A DNA stretch of 64,000 bases from Diadema antillarum (lineage: Eukaryota). Where the stretch lies: contig NW_027271288.1 of the NCBI RefSeq assembly GCF_040938485.1, positions 1,116,001-1,180,000 of the forward strand. The letters are read 5' to 3'. Under the pieces are notes generated by a model. The model was not told the origin of the DNA. It saw nothing but the letters and a program-made list of their open reading frames with translations, and made no database searches. A program made the translations under genes and the position numbers. Positions 50,329-62,943 of this stretch are shown here, in pieces (positions within the stretch are counted from its first letter, which is position 1; each line of letters starts with the position of its first letter).

Positions 50329-52869
50329 ATGAGCAAATCTGACCTGCAGTCTCTGTAATGGTGGAATCGATGACAACAAAGCACATAAAAAAAAAAAAAA
50401 TGATCCCTTGAGAACTGGTGTCCACAGTTCATAAGAAAACTCCCCTTTTAATGTTTTCCTTGAACAGAGATAATGAAACAAAGACTATGCACTGTGTTGT
50501 TTTAATGCTTGTTTGCATCAAGGCCTCAGTGTTAGGATTGGTAAACTCACTGATGGTGTGATAAAGTCTTTCCATGGAGACCAGTGGGACTGCAACCCAT
50601 TGCAAGGAACAGTCAACATTTAGTCACAGTTGATACATTTGTTACAGAATCAGTAGAAATTGAACACAATCACTTGCATGCTCCATTCAGAGAAAAAAAA
50701 ATACATACATAAAATAAGCACATACATTCATCACACACTTTTATGAAGAAGTCCGAGATATAAATTGTATACACTATGAACAGAACAGACCTCGTACAGC
50801 AGGTCTACGTACACTGTATTATACTACCAAGAGGGAATTCCTGGATTACCTTCAACACCCTTACTGAAATAAAATCACTCCTAAAATCTTGTACTTGCCC
50901 GTGAGTCGATTCACTTTACTCTGTATACACAGGCAGATTTAAAGGTTAAATATGATTTCCATACACGTGCAGACACTTTTGTCTTTTGCTCTAAAATAGA
51001 CACATATTTATAATACACATATGAAATAATGCTGATGATACAATTTCTGTTGGGTAACAACAAAAATGTGAAATATTACCCAAAAAAGTTTACCAGATGT
51101 ACTACAGTCTCAGAGCATTATACGCGATTGTGATTACGAAGTAATTTTTATAACCAATTGTGGATAATCAACAAATCGGGTCACAGCAGTCTCCATCACT
51201 CATCCATGCGAGAGTGAATCACACACAGCTTGATTGGAAAATACAACAGCTAGGGAAAGATTGATCATCACGTAATGATTTTCTTACCCAATAACGAGGG
51301 CGCTTCAGGAATAAAATTCATATGCATACAATAAAAACGATTTTACACATTTGATTTCAAAAGAGTCCAAAATAACTTGTTCTCCTGATAAATCGCTTCA
51401 GTCAGAAAAGATTCTTGGTATACCCTTTTGATGTTTTGAATGCAAATTCCACATGGTGGAAGAAGAATTCTGAGTCCTTCTAAGAAAGCTATTGGCTTTA
51501 ATGCACCCCTTCATGTGCAAATAGATTTTTGTTTCTTTTCTCTTTTGATTGTTAGGAGGGGTGGCAAGGAAAGGAATCAAGATGATTCAGATCTTCACAA
51601 AGGCATCTACAGTGAGGATGAGTAGAATTAATAACAGCATAATACAACAATGGAATGAATATATTTTGTCTTGGTCCATCTTCTGTAATAGACTCGTTCT
51701 TAGCCAGCCTCAGACTACTTCTGAAATACAACAGGGAACTTCAAGTAGATTTATAAGAATCATATCATTCCTGACCAAAGTGAAGTATTTCTAGCACACA
51801 TACATGTAAATTATATATTTTTTCAGTTATATTTGATATTACAGCTTATATCTGATATTTCATTTCTCTGGATGAATAATAAACATCTCTTCATTCTTTT
51901 TCCAGTTCATATTTAAGTTTCTCTTTTCTCTTACATGCAATAGACATCTTTTACTAAAGAATATTGGACCCCTTGGCCTGCCAGCAAAAAAAAAAAAAAA
52001 AGATCCAGAATGAAGAAATCCCATTGAGGATGTAAATCAAACTGAAAGAATGCTTTAATCATTAGTGCATGGCAAACAGCAATATCACAATAACCTATCC
52101 TAGCTTCATGTTTTCATGCTGCATGTAGAGTATAGGGCACATATGATACAATGTGTGTGGCAGTGAGTCCACTAGCTCTACCTCGACTATGGCAGTGGCA
52201 AATTTCAATGCACCTTGAAAAAGTGATTTTTTTTTTTCTCCTGATGAAAGCATGAATTTGAATGGACTAGATAAAACAAGCAATACTCTTAACATAATAA
52301 TCAATCAATCAAATAATCAATCACAATCAATCATTATCTATCAATTAACCTGTTGAAGACGAGTCCCAAGAATACTCGGACACGTGTCTACGGGAAATGC
52401 GTGTTATAGCAAAATAGTCCATCATAAATGGGTGAAGATAATGACCTGTTGGTGAAATGGTGCAGTCAAGGTTATATCTATCACCAACAAACTTCACAAA
52501 AGGACACATGTGACTCCAATTTGGTACAAATGAACATTGAAAAAAAGCCTAATGCAATATGGAGTTTGGCTTCCATCGTTATTCTTGGTTAAGAAATGTG
52601 CTCTATATACAGTATCATGTATGTGATACTCCATTTTTTCAACATTCATCTGAACACACAAAGATGTTTCCAAAGCCTTCAGGAAGCAAAGAACGGCTTG
52701 CTTACATGTTCATTATCTTTCAAATTGATGAAATTCTCGCATCAAATTGTTTTTTACTGCAACTGATTGACAACCACCCTACATTGACTTACATACATTG
52801 TAAGCACTGAATTGACCAGTGTTTAAGTAGTAGCCATGACAAAAGAAGTTATGGGCATACATACTCAAG

Positions 52870-52930
52870 CAGGATATGAATCTGCAACCTCCTGATCACC
52901 AGACAGGTGTCTTATTCACTAGACCACCAA
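52870..52930 (-). mobile_element. tRNA-like SINE head fragment
   Basis: Minus strand TGGTCTAGTG...CCTGTCTGGTGATCAGGAGGTTGCAGATTCATATCC; same family as 59095-59135. Confidence 0.55.
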
Positions 52931-54458
52931 CCTTCCACCAACAGCCAGTGCTGGTTCGAATCCTCATACATGTAACAGCAGCGAGTACTGGGTAATTATT
53001 CAAATGGATGAAATGCTTGTGTTGAGGTGTTTGCTAATCAGTTGTGTTGTTCATTATCACCTCGGTTGATGCACTGAATATATCCCTTCAGCACGTCACA
53101 TGAAACTCATCTGTTTATTCAAAACTCCCTCTCAACACTGCTATTTGAAGACAAATTCATAAATCTGGATGTACATGGGGGTGTAGATACTACATTAAAT
53201 ACCAAACTACAGTACAATTTAATAAAGTTTTTTTGTTTTGTTAACAGTGTACATCAATAGGCAATCACATAAATTTGCACCTTGCTAAAGATATCTTATG
53301 CACTCTGTTAAACTATCTTGTAAGTGACTCCTCATACTTCAACTTTCTGCTTGCATCTTTTTTATGTTAACCTGGGATTTGACTGCTATATTTTCATTAC
53401 CTGAATTTTGGCACTTGTGAAGACAATAACATTAACACTAAATTTTCCTCAATGCACATTCCCACAATACACTGTCTACCTTTAGGAATGCATAATCATG
53501 CTTCACTACAGTACAGAATTCATTTGCCAGACTGCAAAATGCAATGACATTCACAATCCACAGATGTCTGAATGCTGCCTGTGTTATACAAAATATATCT
53601 TGCACATGAATGTGGCCACTCATCTCCAACTGTAGGGAATTAATGAATAGAGGAACCTGCCAATCAAACATTAACCCATCCATCCCTCCTAGATGAACCT
53701 GTCATCAGAGGATCAGCATCTCATGATGTACTTTGACAGCTAAAGGGTTAAAGCTGTACTGAGTTGGATTACCCTGGAGAGCAGTGTTTAACACTGAGCC
53801 TGCCAGACTGGTAACACGTGACCTGAGGATAGTGGTCAGTTCTGGCTTGAGAAATCCAGCTTCCATTCATTACTTATGTTCCTCCAGAAGAACAAATACT
53901 GACCATTGTCTAGGGAAAGTTTGACTCTCCCTGTTTTGTTTTTTTACTGACACATACAGAGTCAAGAGATATCAAAGTTCAGTGATTGGCACCAATTACG
54001 TCTCACATCAATTCTCATGGTCCAACATCCAGGTCTTTATGTGACAAGGAGAGCAATGACTGGAGTGAAAACAAACCCACACACTCGTCAATCGATCAGC
54101 GAACTTTTAAGATGAAATTATTTGTCTTTCTTCCATAAGTGGCTTTGAAATTCCCTGAAACATCCTGATATGGTCCAACGTAACATTTCTGATAGCCACT
54201 AGAAATTTCATTGACAAATTACGGAACGGAGTGGCAGGCCGAAGATTTACAACGCTGACAGTCCAAGTACATGAACGGCGTATTGCGTCATCCGTATCAC
54301 CCTAGATTCGTACACTGAATTCATGTCCCAGCTCCGCAGGTGTGTACCTGCAAGTTGTTTGTTTTCTCTCCAGCTACCAGAAGTGACACATAGATGACCA
54401 TGAGAATAGATGACATGAAAGGTGGACATGTCCGTGTCTGTAAATTTTCTGACGGTCA

Positions 54459-54549
54459 TCATATGTCGATGTCGGCACACTTGATGGCGCTGTAGTAAGT
54501 GTTGGTCAGCTGCTGGTTCTGAGCCATCAGTCTAAACTGGAGAGTTGCT
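54459..54549 (-). CDS. TMEM106: TMEM106-family terminal exon
   Basis: Acceptor attgtcttctttcag; ATLQFRLMAQNQQLTNTYYSAIKCADIDI-stop aligns without gaps to human [24 protein letters not shown] (recalled), with the Cys conserved. Confidence 0.85.
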
Positions 54550-54637
54550 CTGAAAGAAGACAATGTCATCCAAAACGAGTACAGATAGATCTGACCACAA
54601 AGATTTCTCAGTGAAGATTTGTGAAATGTGGTCATTA

Positions 54638-55021
54638 CTAGCCTGTAATCTGGGCGGAGGATGCATCAATTGCATGGTCCTTTACTGTCACGCTAAATGT
54701 CTGATGCAGCAAGACTATTGTCTTTGCTAAGTGATACATGTACGTCTGATGTGACGAGACTATGAACAGTGGATGCACACAAAGCATGCATTGCCTATGA
54801 CCACTCGTCTTGCTTTAGTCGTTGCTTATCGACTATGAATCGCTGGCAGTTTTCGTCCTAAGAACTGCCATCGATTCATAGTCGATAATAAGAAAACAAT
54901 GACTAAAAGCAAGATGAATGGATACAGGTGGTGGATGCTTCCACTGTTCATAGTCTTGCCACATCAGATGTATCGCTTAGCAAAGACAATAGCTACATCC
55001 TCCACCTAGATTATAGGCTAG
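54638..55021. mobile_element. Foldback (long inverted repeat) element
   Basis: Arms pair across a loop at about 54852-54862; flanked by the direct repeat GTCATTA(C). Confidence 0.8.
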
Positions 55022-56031
55022 GTCATTACAGACAGGTGGCCTCTCTAGAAAGCCAGACACATGAAGAGATATTAAAGTGACAGATAAGTGACAACAGCTG
55101 TGAGCTCTTGTACTGTCCTTCATTGAAACCAGGATGTTATGTTCATATCTTCAGCATTTTCTAACAAAAGAAACTTCTACCATTTCATGCAACAGCGTTT
55201 TCTGTAATAAATAATCATGGATAAAATGCCTGTCATGTGCATTTATTTTTGTTTGTTTGCTTTTTTTTTTTGGGGGGGGGGAGGGTCACTATCACTTTCA
55301 TTATGTTCAGATTCACATATTTGGTTAATCATATTAAATGCCTGTTTTTAAATGTTACAATTTTTTTTTCATTGCATGGTGTGAGACTAAGCTGCAATGA
55401 ACCAAAGCATTGTTGGTATATGGTATATCACTCAGTGCCTTGTGTGCTATGTAGTAAGAAGATAAAAGTCAGCGAATATTTTGGGCAGTCCTCACGAAAT
55501 ATTGGATTTCTCAGAGTCTTGCACTAATGAACGGTACAAAGTGGGGCAATTTCAGTGCACCACTTTACTTAAATAAACAACACACAAATTATTACATTAA
55601 AGGCAAACAGAAGATAGAAATTCCGCTAAACACATTGATCAAAACTTCCTCAGCCTCAAATAAGAAAAAAAATAAGGTTGCCAATTTGATGATCCAATGT
55701 ATCTACTGATTCTTCAGTCATGCGGATAAATCCTGAGTACATGGGAGGAGTTAAGTAGAGAATATGGGCTACACAAAGATCAAGTTGTCTTCAATATGTA
55801 TGATCATTATTCCTAATTGATCTGCATCAAAAACAATATTTCTTTAGTAAAGCCACGATACATACAAGCATTACAACACCCAAGCTAAAGGGTCTACTAC
55901 CTTACTTTACAGGACTTTCCTCCAGCCAGCAAAGTCTCAATTACCACTATACGTTCTGTAATGAATCTTTAAATGAATTTTAAATGGCACATCCCCAAGC
56001 TGAAGAGTTGAAACAATAAAGCCATACTTAC

Positions 56032-56082
56032 ACAAACTGCATGTAAATGATATGAGTGGGAGAGGGGCCATCACAGTAAGAC
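56032..56082 (-). CDS. TMEM106: TMEM106-family exon (first luminal Cys)
   Basis: Acceptor tcattcatgtatctacag, donor gtaagt; 51 nt, phase 2 to 2; SYCDGPSPTHIIYMQF(V) versus human DFCTLISIKVHNIVLMMQ (recalled). Confidence 0.8.
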
Positions 56083-57174
56083 CTGTAGATACATGAATGA
56101 CACAAGGAAAGTTTGGACAAGATTAGATAGTTGAAACATAAAATATTGCCCATATGAAAGCAGTGCACGGAGATCAGCATAAACTGGGTTTTCCAGATTT
56201 ATAAGTACATGTATGGGTTATCAAAAAATATACCAGGTATGACTGAAGATAAGAGCTTCAAATCATATCCTGAGAGCTAAAAATATATATTACTAAGATA
56301 TTCAGTCACTCAATTCAAATTGCATGTACCATTAACATCAACATGGTACACTGTTTAAGCATCAAACTTGTAGCTATGCTAGGAAGTAAGCACGAGGCAA
56401 AAGTTTATTCCTGTAAAATCTAAACTCTTGTGATATTATCCATGACATTCTTTGCCTCTTTGGGCAGGTCAGACCAGGAAATAAATTCCAGCATGGCAAT
56501 GGTCAGCACTACTTAATAAACTCAATCAGCTGCTCATATGACTGCTGTCACAGATTGGGCAAAGATCTTCAAATATTATGATTTCTCTTATGACTGTATC
56601 TTTATCAATGCACTTATCTTGGTTAAAGATCTCATTAATGAGCACCAAATATCTTATTTTGATTATGAGCAAAAAATATTGCATCACTAGTAAATGATGC
56701 ATCACGCATTACCCTGGGGTACTGTAGTACCCCGGGTTACCGCGTTGTGTACCACCTCACGTCCACTCGAGGACAGCCGCAGAGAAATGCATGCACTGTG
56801 TGTGCGTGTACATAGTCACTCCCATGCCACTGCATGTAATACGATGCATGCATGGCAGGCTGTGCTAGCAATAGCGTGTGCTTCAGTGCACTGCAGTGTA
56901 GTGGCTAGCGCCGCTAGCTCCACCACCAAAATAATTTCCACTTTTTGGCAACCCAGGGTACAACCTTTTCAAAAAAAAAAAAATAATTCAACAAAATGGC
57001 TGATTTTCATTTGGTACCCCTGGATACCATTTATGTCATCAAATGCAAAGACAAGATCAGACTGGCAGTGTTCATGTGATAATTGAACTGTAGGTATACT
57101 GCTGTACTATTCCCCAGATCATTCATACTAAGAAAACTGTCAAATTTGATCCCCACCCACTGTACCTTGTATAT

Positions 57175-57490
57175 GGGCTGTGACGCGAGAAAAGGGCCCT
57201 TAGCTCCGCTGCGCGCAAACGCCAGAAAACGGCGCGGAAGTTTGACAAAGCAATACGCGCAAAAAAAGATCAACTAGCTAACTGCGCGCACATGCATATA
57301 GACTCATCATAAAGTGACAGGATTTGGACAAAACATGCTTTTTTGAATGTCGTGATGGGGTCATTTAGGATTGGAATTTCAGAAGAAGGTTTGCATATCT
57401 AAATACGTCAGAGTTCCTTCCACAATGTGGAGGTGAAAACTCATTTTCGGTATTTAATGCCCTAAGGGCCCTTTTCTCGCGTCACGGCCC
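57175..57490. mobile_element. MITE adjacent to a TMEM106 exon
   Basis: TIRs GGGCTGTGACGCGAGAAAAGGGCCCTTA / TAAGGGCCCTTTTCTCGCGTCACGGCCC; ends 40 nt from the donor of exon 57530-57573. Confidence 0.8.
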
Positions 57491-57529
57491 ATACATATTC
57501 ATACACATAATTTTCACAAGCATACTTAC

Positions 57530-57573
57530 ACAAGAAAGGGTTCTATGAACGTGGCTGTGACATTGGCAAAGAT
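57530..57573 (-). CDS. TMEM106: TMEM106-family exon
   Basis: Acceptor ctttccctcaatttcatttcag, donor gtaagt; 44 nt, phase 0 to 2; IFANVTATFIEPFL(V). Confidence 0.75.
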
Positions 57574-57618
57574 CTGAAATGAAATTGAGGGAAAGAAAGA
57601 GAACTAATTATCTGCTGC

Positions 57619-57657
<39 letters not shown>

Positions 57658-59094
57658 ACTGTACCTGTAAATTACTTCATCAAACAACATCAGATAAAAG
57701 CTCTGAATAACAAGGGACCATTTTTTGTCAAGCTACACTGTAAAATGTATGTTGGCAAGTTCCAGAATCAGGGGGCATTCTCAGTAACAATGACAATCAT
57801 TTAAAAAGCTGAAAGTTACATGGGTACAGTATGCAAGCTGGAAAAGAAGACATTTGGGTTGACTAATTTATTTAAACCTCTCTGTATCAACAAACTATTC
57901 ACTGCTGAAGTGCATGTTTCAACAGCCTGCTGTGAAGTGCAGTTCCTGGGTCTGGCACGAATCCAGTAAACAAAAGGCCACACAAGAGATCTTCATACTG
58001 AAGGTGATTATACCTCCACCAAGTAGAATTACCTTATGAGAGTCATTAAGACAATGAGTCTGATAAACACACTTTAGCACTGATACTGCAATAGTTATGA
58101 GGACAAGCAAGTCATCAATATACAATAACACAGCTAAGGTCATTATCATGGTACCAACTGGTATATCTTTTCACATCGAGAATGGGTAAACATTGCTCAA
58201 CGCAATACAAGAATGAAGATAGGCTGAGGAAATTTTTATGTGAAACATACAGTGTCAAACAAGGAAGTATGGTGTGGTACAGTATAAACGTATATTCACC
58301 AATACTTGTACATGATCAAAGACTACCTGTGTCTGGGCTGTGGTCTACATTCTCAACTGCAATTGCAACATCTGCTTAATTAAGAGGAGTTTAGATAAAA
58401 ACTGCCCCTTCCATGTGACTCACAAAGATTTGGAAAATGAGAGCTTTCTTCTGCTGCAAAAGCTTCAAATGATAAAAATGCTTGTACCAAGTAATCAGCA
58501 AAGAAGTTTTTGTTTTTTTTTCTCCAACAAGAAATTAAAACAGACCAACTGATTAATCACTCAAATGACCATACACATATCACATACATATACCCCTTCA
58601 CATGCATACTGTACTTGGAGAGCTTTTGAAAGACACACACAAGCAGTGGCATGATATCATATGAAGATTTTAAATCTCATTTAATGAGTCTTCAATTCTG
58701 ATTGGTTGAAATCGGACCCTGTGTATGAATTTAACCATTGCCTGCAGCCTCATAGTATCAAGCCAGCCCCTATAGTGCCAAGCTGCTCCATAGCAGTAAT
58801 CTGCCCTCTTTTCAGTCTGTACACAGCAGTATTTTCATGGACATTTGTACACGTATTGTAAATGCTTGGTTTCCATAGTGTGTGAGGTGACCTGTGTGTG
58901 ATACGATTGCAACGCAAACTTTTATGGCAGCACCTTATATGTGAACTGGCCACCGCGATGGTGATAGCACAAGTGAAATTTCACTTACTTCTACAGTCTG
59001 CATTCAAAACAGATATAGCCTGTTCAAATTCATGAAATTCTTCCGTCGAGGTGTTTTCATTGCAACTGATTGACAAATAGCCCTACATCGACCT

Positions 59095-59135
59095 GTCCGG
59101 TGATCAGGAGGTCGTAGGTTCGAATCCTGTTCGAG
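59095..59135 (+). mobile_element. tRNA-like SINE head fragment
   Basis: CCTGTCCGGTGATCAGGAGGTCGTAGGTTCGAATCC contains the B-box GGTTCGAATCC but has no acceptor stem. Confidence 0.55.
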
Positions 59136-59351
59136 TACTGTATGTACGCCCATGATTTTTTATCATGGCTACTACTAAAACACTGATCAATTCAGTGCTT
59201 ATTTACATCGATGTAGGGCAATTTGTCAATCTGTTACAAAGATATAGACTGTTCCTATTTGAGGAGGTGTTGCTATCACTGTCTCAAAAGGATCTACACT
59301 TCATGTTCTGGAATTCCGAGCAAGCTCCTCAGGTCATAGCACACGAGTTAA

Positions 59352-59752
59352 AGGGATGATACAGTATTGGTGGAGATGAGAATTGGGCTTTTAACTTTTT
59401 GCGAGATACCAAGAAAACACTTATGACCTAGTACAGAACATACCATTTTAAGAGGAATTCAAGGTTTATTTGATGAAAATCAGGTTTGGAATGACTGAAA
59501 CATCCAAAAACAAAGCGAAACATCCAAAAACAAAGCAAAACAAAGCAATTGTCATAGAATGTGGGTCCCACACTTTATTAGAATTGCTCTGTTTTGGAAA
59601 ACTCAGCCATTTCAAAACCGATTTTCATCAAATAAATGTTGAATTCCTCATGGAATTACATGCTCTCTCATATTTCATAAAAGCTTTCTCATTATCTCAC
59701 TAAAAATGTTAGAAACCTAAAATTAGGTCTCAACCAAAACTATACCATCCCT
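59352..59752 (-). mobile_element. Kolobok-like MITE, second copy (TMEM106 intron)
   Basis: TTAA-AGGGATGATACAGTATTGGT...CAAAACTATACCATCCCT-TTAA; reverse complement of 43664-44043. Confidence 0.8.
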
Positions 59753-59912
59753 TTAAGATAGCGATATAATGGAGTGAAGACCCCTCAAGCAGGCAATAAT
59801 ATTAAATGAAAGCCAAGCGTCGACTGTACATGTACACATGTCCATGTGCATATCATGTAACCCCCAAAAGGCAGTCCATATCTGTATGTACTAGATGAGC
59901 TAGTGTTTATAC

Positions 59913-60053
59913 CGCATGTGATTTTCTGCCTCCAATGGTTGCAGACATGATGGTGGTATTCACTCCCTTGATCTGGTCACTCCAGTACGCTGTGACGGTG
60001 GCATTCTGGCTGTAAGCTGACACAAAATTCTTGTTGTAGACAGAGAACTCCGT
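59913..60053 (-). CDS. TMEM106: TMEM106-family luminal (LEA-2-like) exon
   Basis: Acceptor gttttctttgttttcag, donor gtataa; 141 nt = 47 codons, aligning without gaps to human NTLNITNNNYYSVEVENIT...IIGPLDMKQ (recalled); TEFSVYNKNFVSAYSQNATVTAYWSDQIKGVNTTIMSATIGGRKSHA. Confidence 0.88.
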
Positions 60054-60839
60054 CTGAAAACAAAGAAAACAAGGATAATACTTTCAATCAAATGCTTTTG
60101 CTTTCATAGAATTCACCCAGTACCTGCTATAGATTTGGAAATGGGCAAAGATTGCATAATAACTGAAGATGCCATATCTAGCAAGTCAATTTTTTGAAAA
60201 CCGGGACTTCCTGACAATTTTGCAAGTGGTTCAAGAATTCGCAATCACGGCGCAAGGCAATGGCCAAATATATCGGTATCATTCAAACATATTCAGGAAG
60301 CAAAATTAGTGATCCGGCTATGAAAACAAAAATTTTATATACTTACAATAAAGTGTTGAGAATATCTGGCACTATGATGTATTCCTAAAATTATTTCAAG
60401 ATGATTCCATTAAAATAGACAACCAGGGTATTTGTACATTTGTACGCACACAAACATGATTTATATGGACCATATCAGGATAATTAACCCCTAGTTAAAA
60501 TATCAGTTAGTGATAGGGTTAGAGTATAACTTAGGGTTAGGATTAGGTTTAGGGTTAGGATAAGGTTCAAAATTAGGATAAGGGTTAGTGTTAGGGTCAG
60601 GGAAAGTGTCTGGGTAATTTTACAGGGGGTAATTGTCCTAGAACCAATTTAGACACACGCATGATCGTGTTCGTGCAAGTAATTATCATGTCTTGTACGG
60701 AAATATGCATTTTTGAAAGATTTGATGACATGTTTAAACAGCACATCGTTCTGCTTCTCAAAGAAAGATGTAAAGTAAGGGGGAAACCCCTTCCTAAGGG
60801 GAAACCCCATCCTATGAAAGGGGGATACCCCATTCTGAC

Positions 60840-60999
60840 CTGCAGGAGGAGACTCATGCTGGTGATGGTGGTATTGATGGACACTGCCTGAGTCTCCACC
60901 CCTATCACTTTCATCTCCAGCTGCCTGGGTACCAGGAAGGCACAGAGCACCCCAGCCAGAGTGGCACAGGCCAGCACTGACACCAGCACGGAGAGGAAC
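60840..60999 (-). CDS. TMEM106: TMEM106-family gene, transmembrane exon
   Basis: Acceptor ttttaccacacag, donor gtcaga; 160 nt, phase 2 to 0; FLSVLVSVLACATLAGVLCAFLVPRQLEMKVIGVETQAVSINTTITSMSLLLQ, compare human ...AVFFLFPRSIDVKYIGVK (recalled). Confidence 0.85.
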
Positions 61000-62466
61000 C
61001 TGTGTGGTAAAATAAGACCAGACAGATGTATGGAGAGATTAACTTCATTTTATTTTATCATCATCTTCAACAAAAAACATATACATTTACAAAACATATC
61101 ATGCTATTAAAAAAAAATATATATATATATTTTATATACATCCAAATATGTTGAAACAATAATAGTGTGCTCATAACATAATAGGTTCTAAAGCAAAGAT
61201 GCATTATATTTACTTGACAATGTTGAAAACGGAGAAGCTAAAAGGCATGACTTGTATGCATTCCCCTCAAAGCAATTTTAATATTGGTCATGATGAAGAA
61301 AAAAAATAAATATATCTTTTTAAAAAATGTTTGGAAAGTGACAACAAACATCACTGGACAACATCCCTGAACCCAGTGTTAGGATTTCTGGTCTAGAGAT
61401 CTTAACGAATAATCTGCTAACAATGATCTCTGCAGGAATAGGGATAGTGGACATTGTAGGAAAATTGACAAATAGGTCCTGGTCAGCATTTTCCGACACT
61501 GGGGGGGGGGGGGGATAAATCAGGACAATGGCTAAGCAACATTAAATACACACACACACATGCAGTTAGGCTGCTTTAAGGTTTTTGGTCAGAATCATTT
61601 GATCGCTGCTGACTTGTTTGTTGTGGGTTTTTTTCAATTTCTATTGAACATTGCGGTTAGTTATTTATGAGAGTTTATATTTTTTTTTTCTTTGTTTGTC
61701 ACTATGGAAGGAAATGGAGGGAGCAAATTACTTTTTCTCTCTCACAGCTTATATACACTGTAACTGTAAAAGTAATGAGCCTGCATAAATGGACAAGCCT
61801 TTTTCAACAAGATTCCACCTAGCATCCTGTACTGGTGGCACTAGGTCAGTGAAAAGTCACAAAAAATATTTCAGTGTACTACTATTACACTGTTTGTAGC
61901 TGCCTCCGGTCATCCTACAGCAAGGCAACCAGGAAATGTCGACATACCATTCAGAATACCAGACACAGCACCAAAGTGCATTACAGAATTGATTACTGCC
62001 ATAGATTTGAAGGACAACTTCTCTGAACTGATCAAAGCAGGTTTGTTCTTCCAGACAATACACAAAGGCCCCCTGCCTCATGAGTCTAGATTGCAGGCAC
62101 AAATCCTTGTTGGTCATAAAGGAGTCTGCGCCAAAGCATCTCTCATACAGTAATTCCCTACACTGTAGGTGCTCCCAACAAGGAGAGGCTACACTACAGG
62201 GCCCATGGGACAGTGCCAGTGTTGCATTTTCAGTAGTGTGGCGTAGACTCTGTTACAACCAACAAGGGTTTGTGTCTGCAAACTACGTTGTCTCCTTCGG
62301 CCTTCCTTCTGCAGTTTTGGGTAATGACCTTCCTTGAAGGTCTACCAGCTTACATGACCAGACAGCGGCTCAATGTCTACAAAAACTGTAAGAGTGGGAT
62401 GATCTTTGGACAGAAAATGTTTGTTTATGTGGCGTGGAGAGAATATAAAGAACTTCTTGATCGAAT

Positions 62467-62943
62467 TACCCCCGCCAAGGGAGGTTATGTTTTCATTAGT
62501 GTTGGTTGTTTGTTTGTTTGTCCGTGTGCAAAATAACTCGAAAAGCTGTTTAAATGGAATTGGATGAAACTTTCAGGAAAGGCTGAGAATGACATAAGAA
62601 ACTGATGACTAAATGTAGGAAGTGATTCAGAAATTTCTCTAGTATGGATTTTATGAAAAATTTTCGATATTTCGGCCAGTAGGGTCAATGAACTTGGGGA
62701 GTTCAAGCTGTGAATGGTTTTTATCCGCGCACTAGACTGCGTGCTCTAGTTTCTGATCCAGGGTAAGGCGTGCCGGCAGCTGGCATTGATGACGTAACAA
62801 AAGTCTTCTATTTTTGGGAAATCAGGCAATTTTCAGCATGCATAAAGTATCTCAGAAATCACTGATCTCTATGGAAGAACAAAATCAGTGGTTAAAATGA
62901 GCTGCTTGGCGGAGGTCTGCACTCTCAGAGTGCTTCTCTAGTT
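62467..62943 (-). mobile_element. Helentron/DINE-1-like element, family A copy 2
   Basis: Collinear with 1087-1566: CCCGCCAAGGGAGG start and CTTGGCGGAGGTCTGCACTCTCAGAGTGCTTCTCTAGTT end. Confidence 0.7.

Noticed and set aside
53438-53683. ORF containing DIFCITQAAFRHLWIV, superficially TMEM106-like
   Set aside because: It lies downstream of the identified stop codon and has no fitting splice sites.
55114-55160. Minus-strand segment reading KC*RYEHNILVSMK, resembling TMEM106 HNIVLMMQ with an in-frame TGA (possible selenocysteine)
   Set aside because: Its end phase does not fit, no SECIS is evident, and the exon at 56032-56082 fits phase, size and Cys position better.
59095-59135. tRNA gene
   Set aside because: Only the T-arm/B-box region is present, with no acceptor stem, and it matches a SINE head. 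The same applies to 52870-52930 and 18955-19016.
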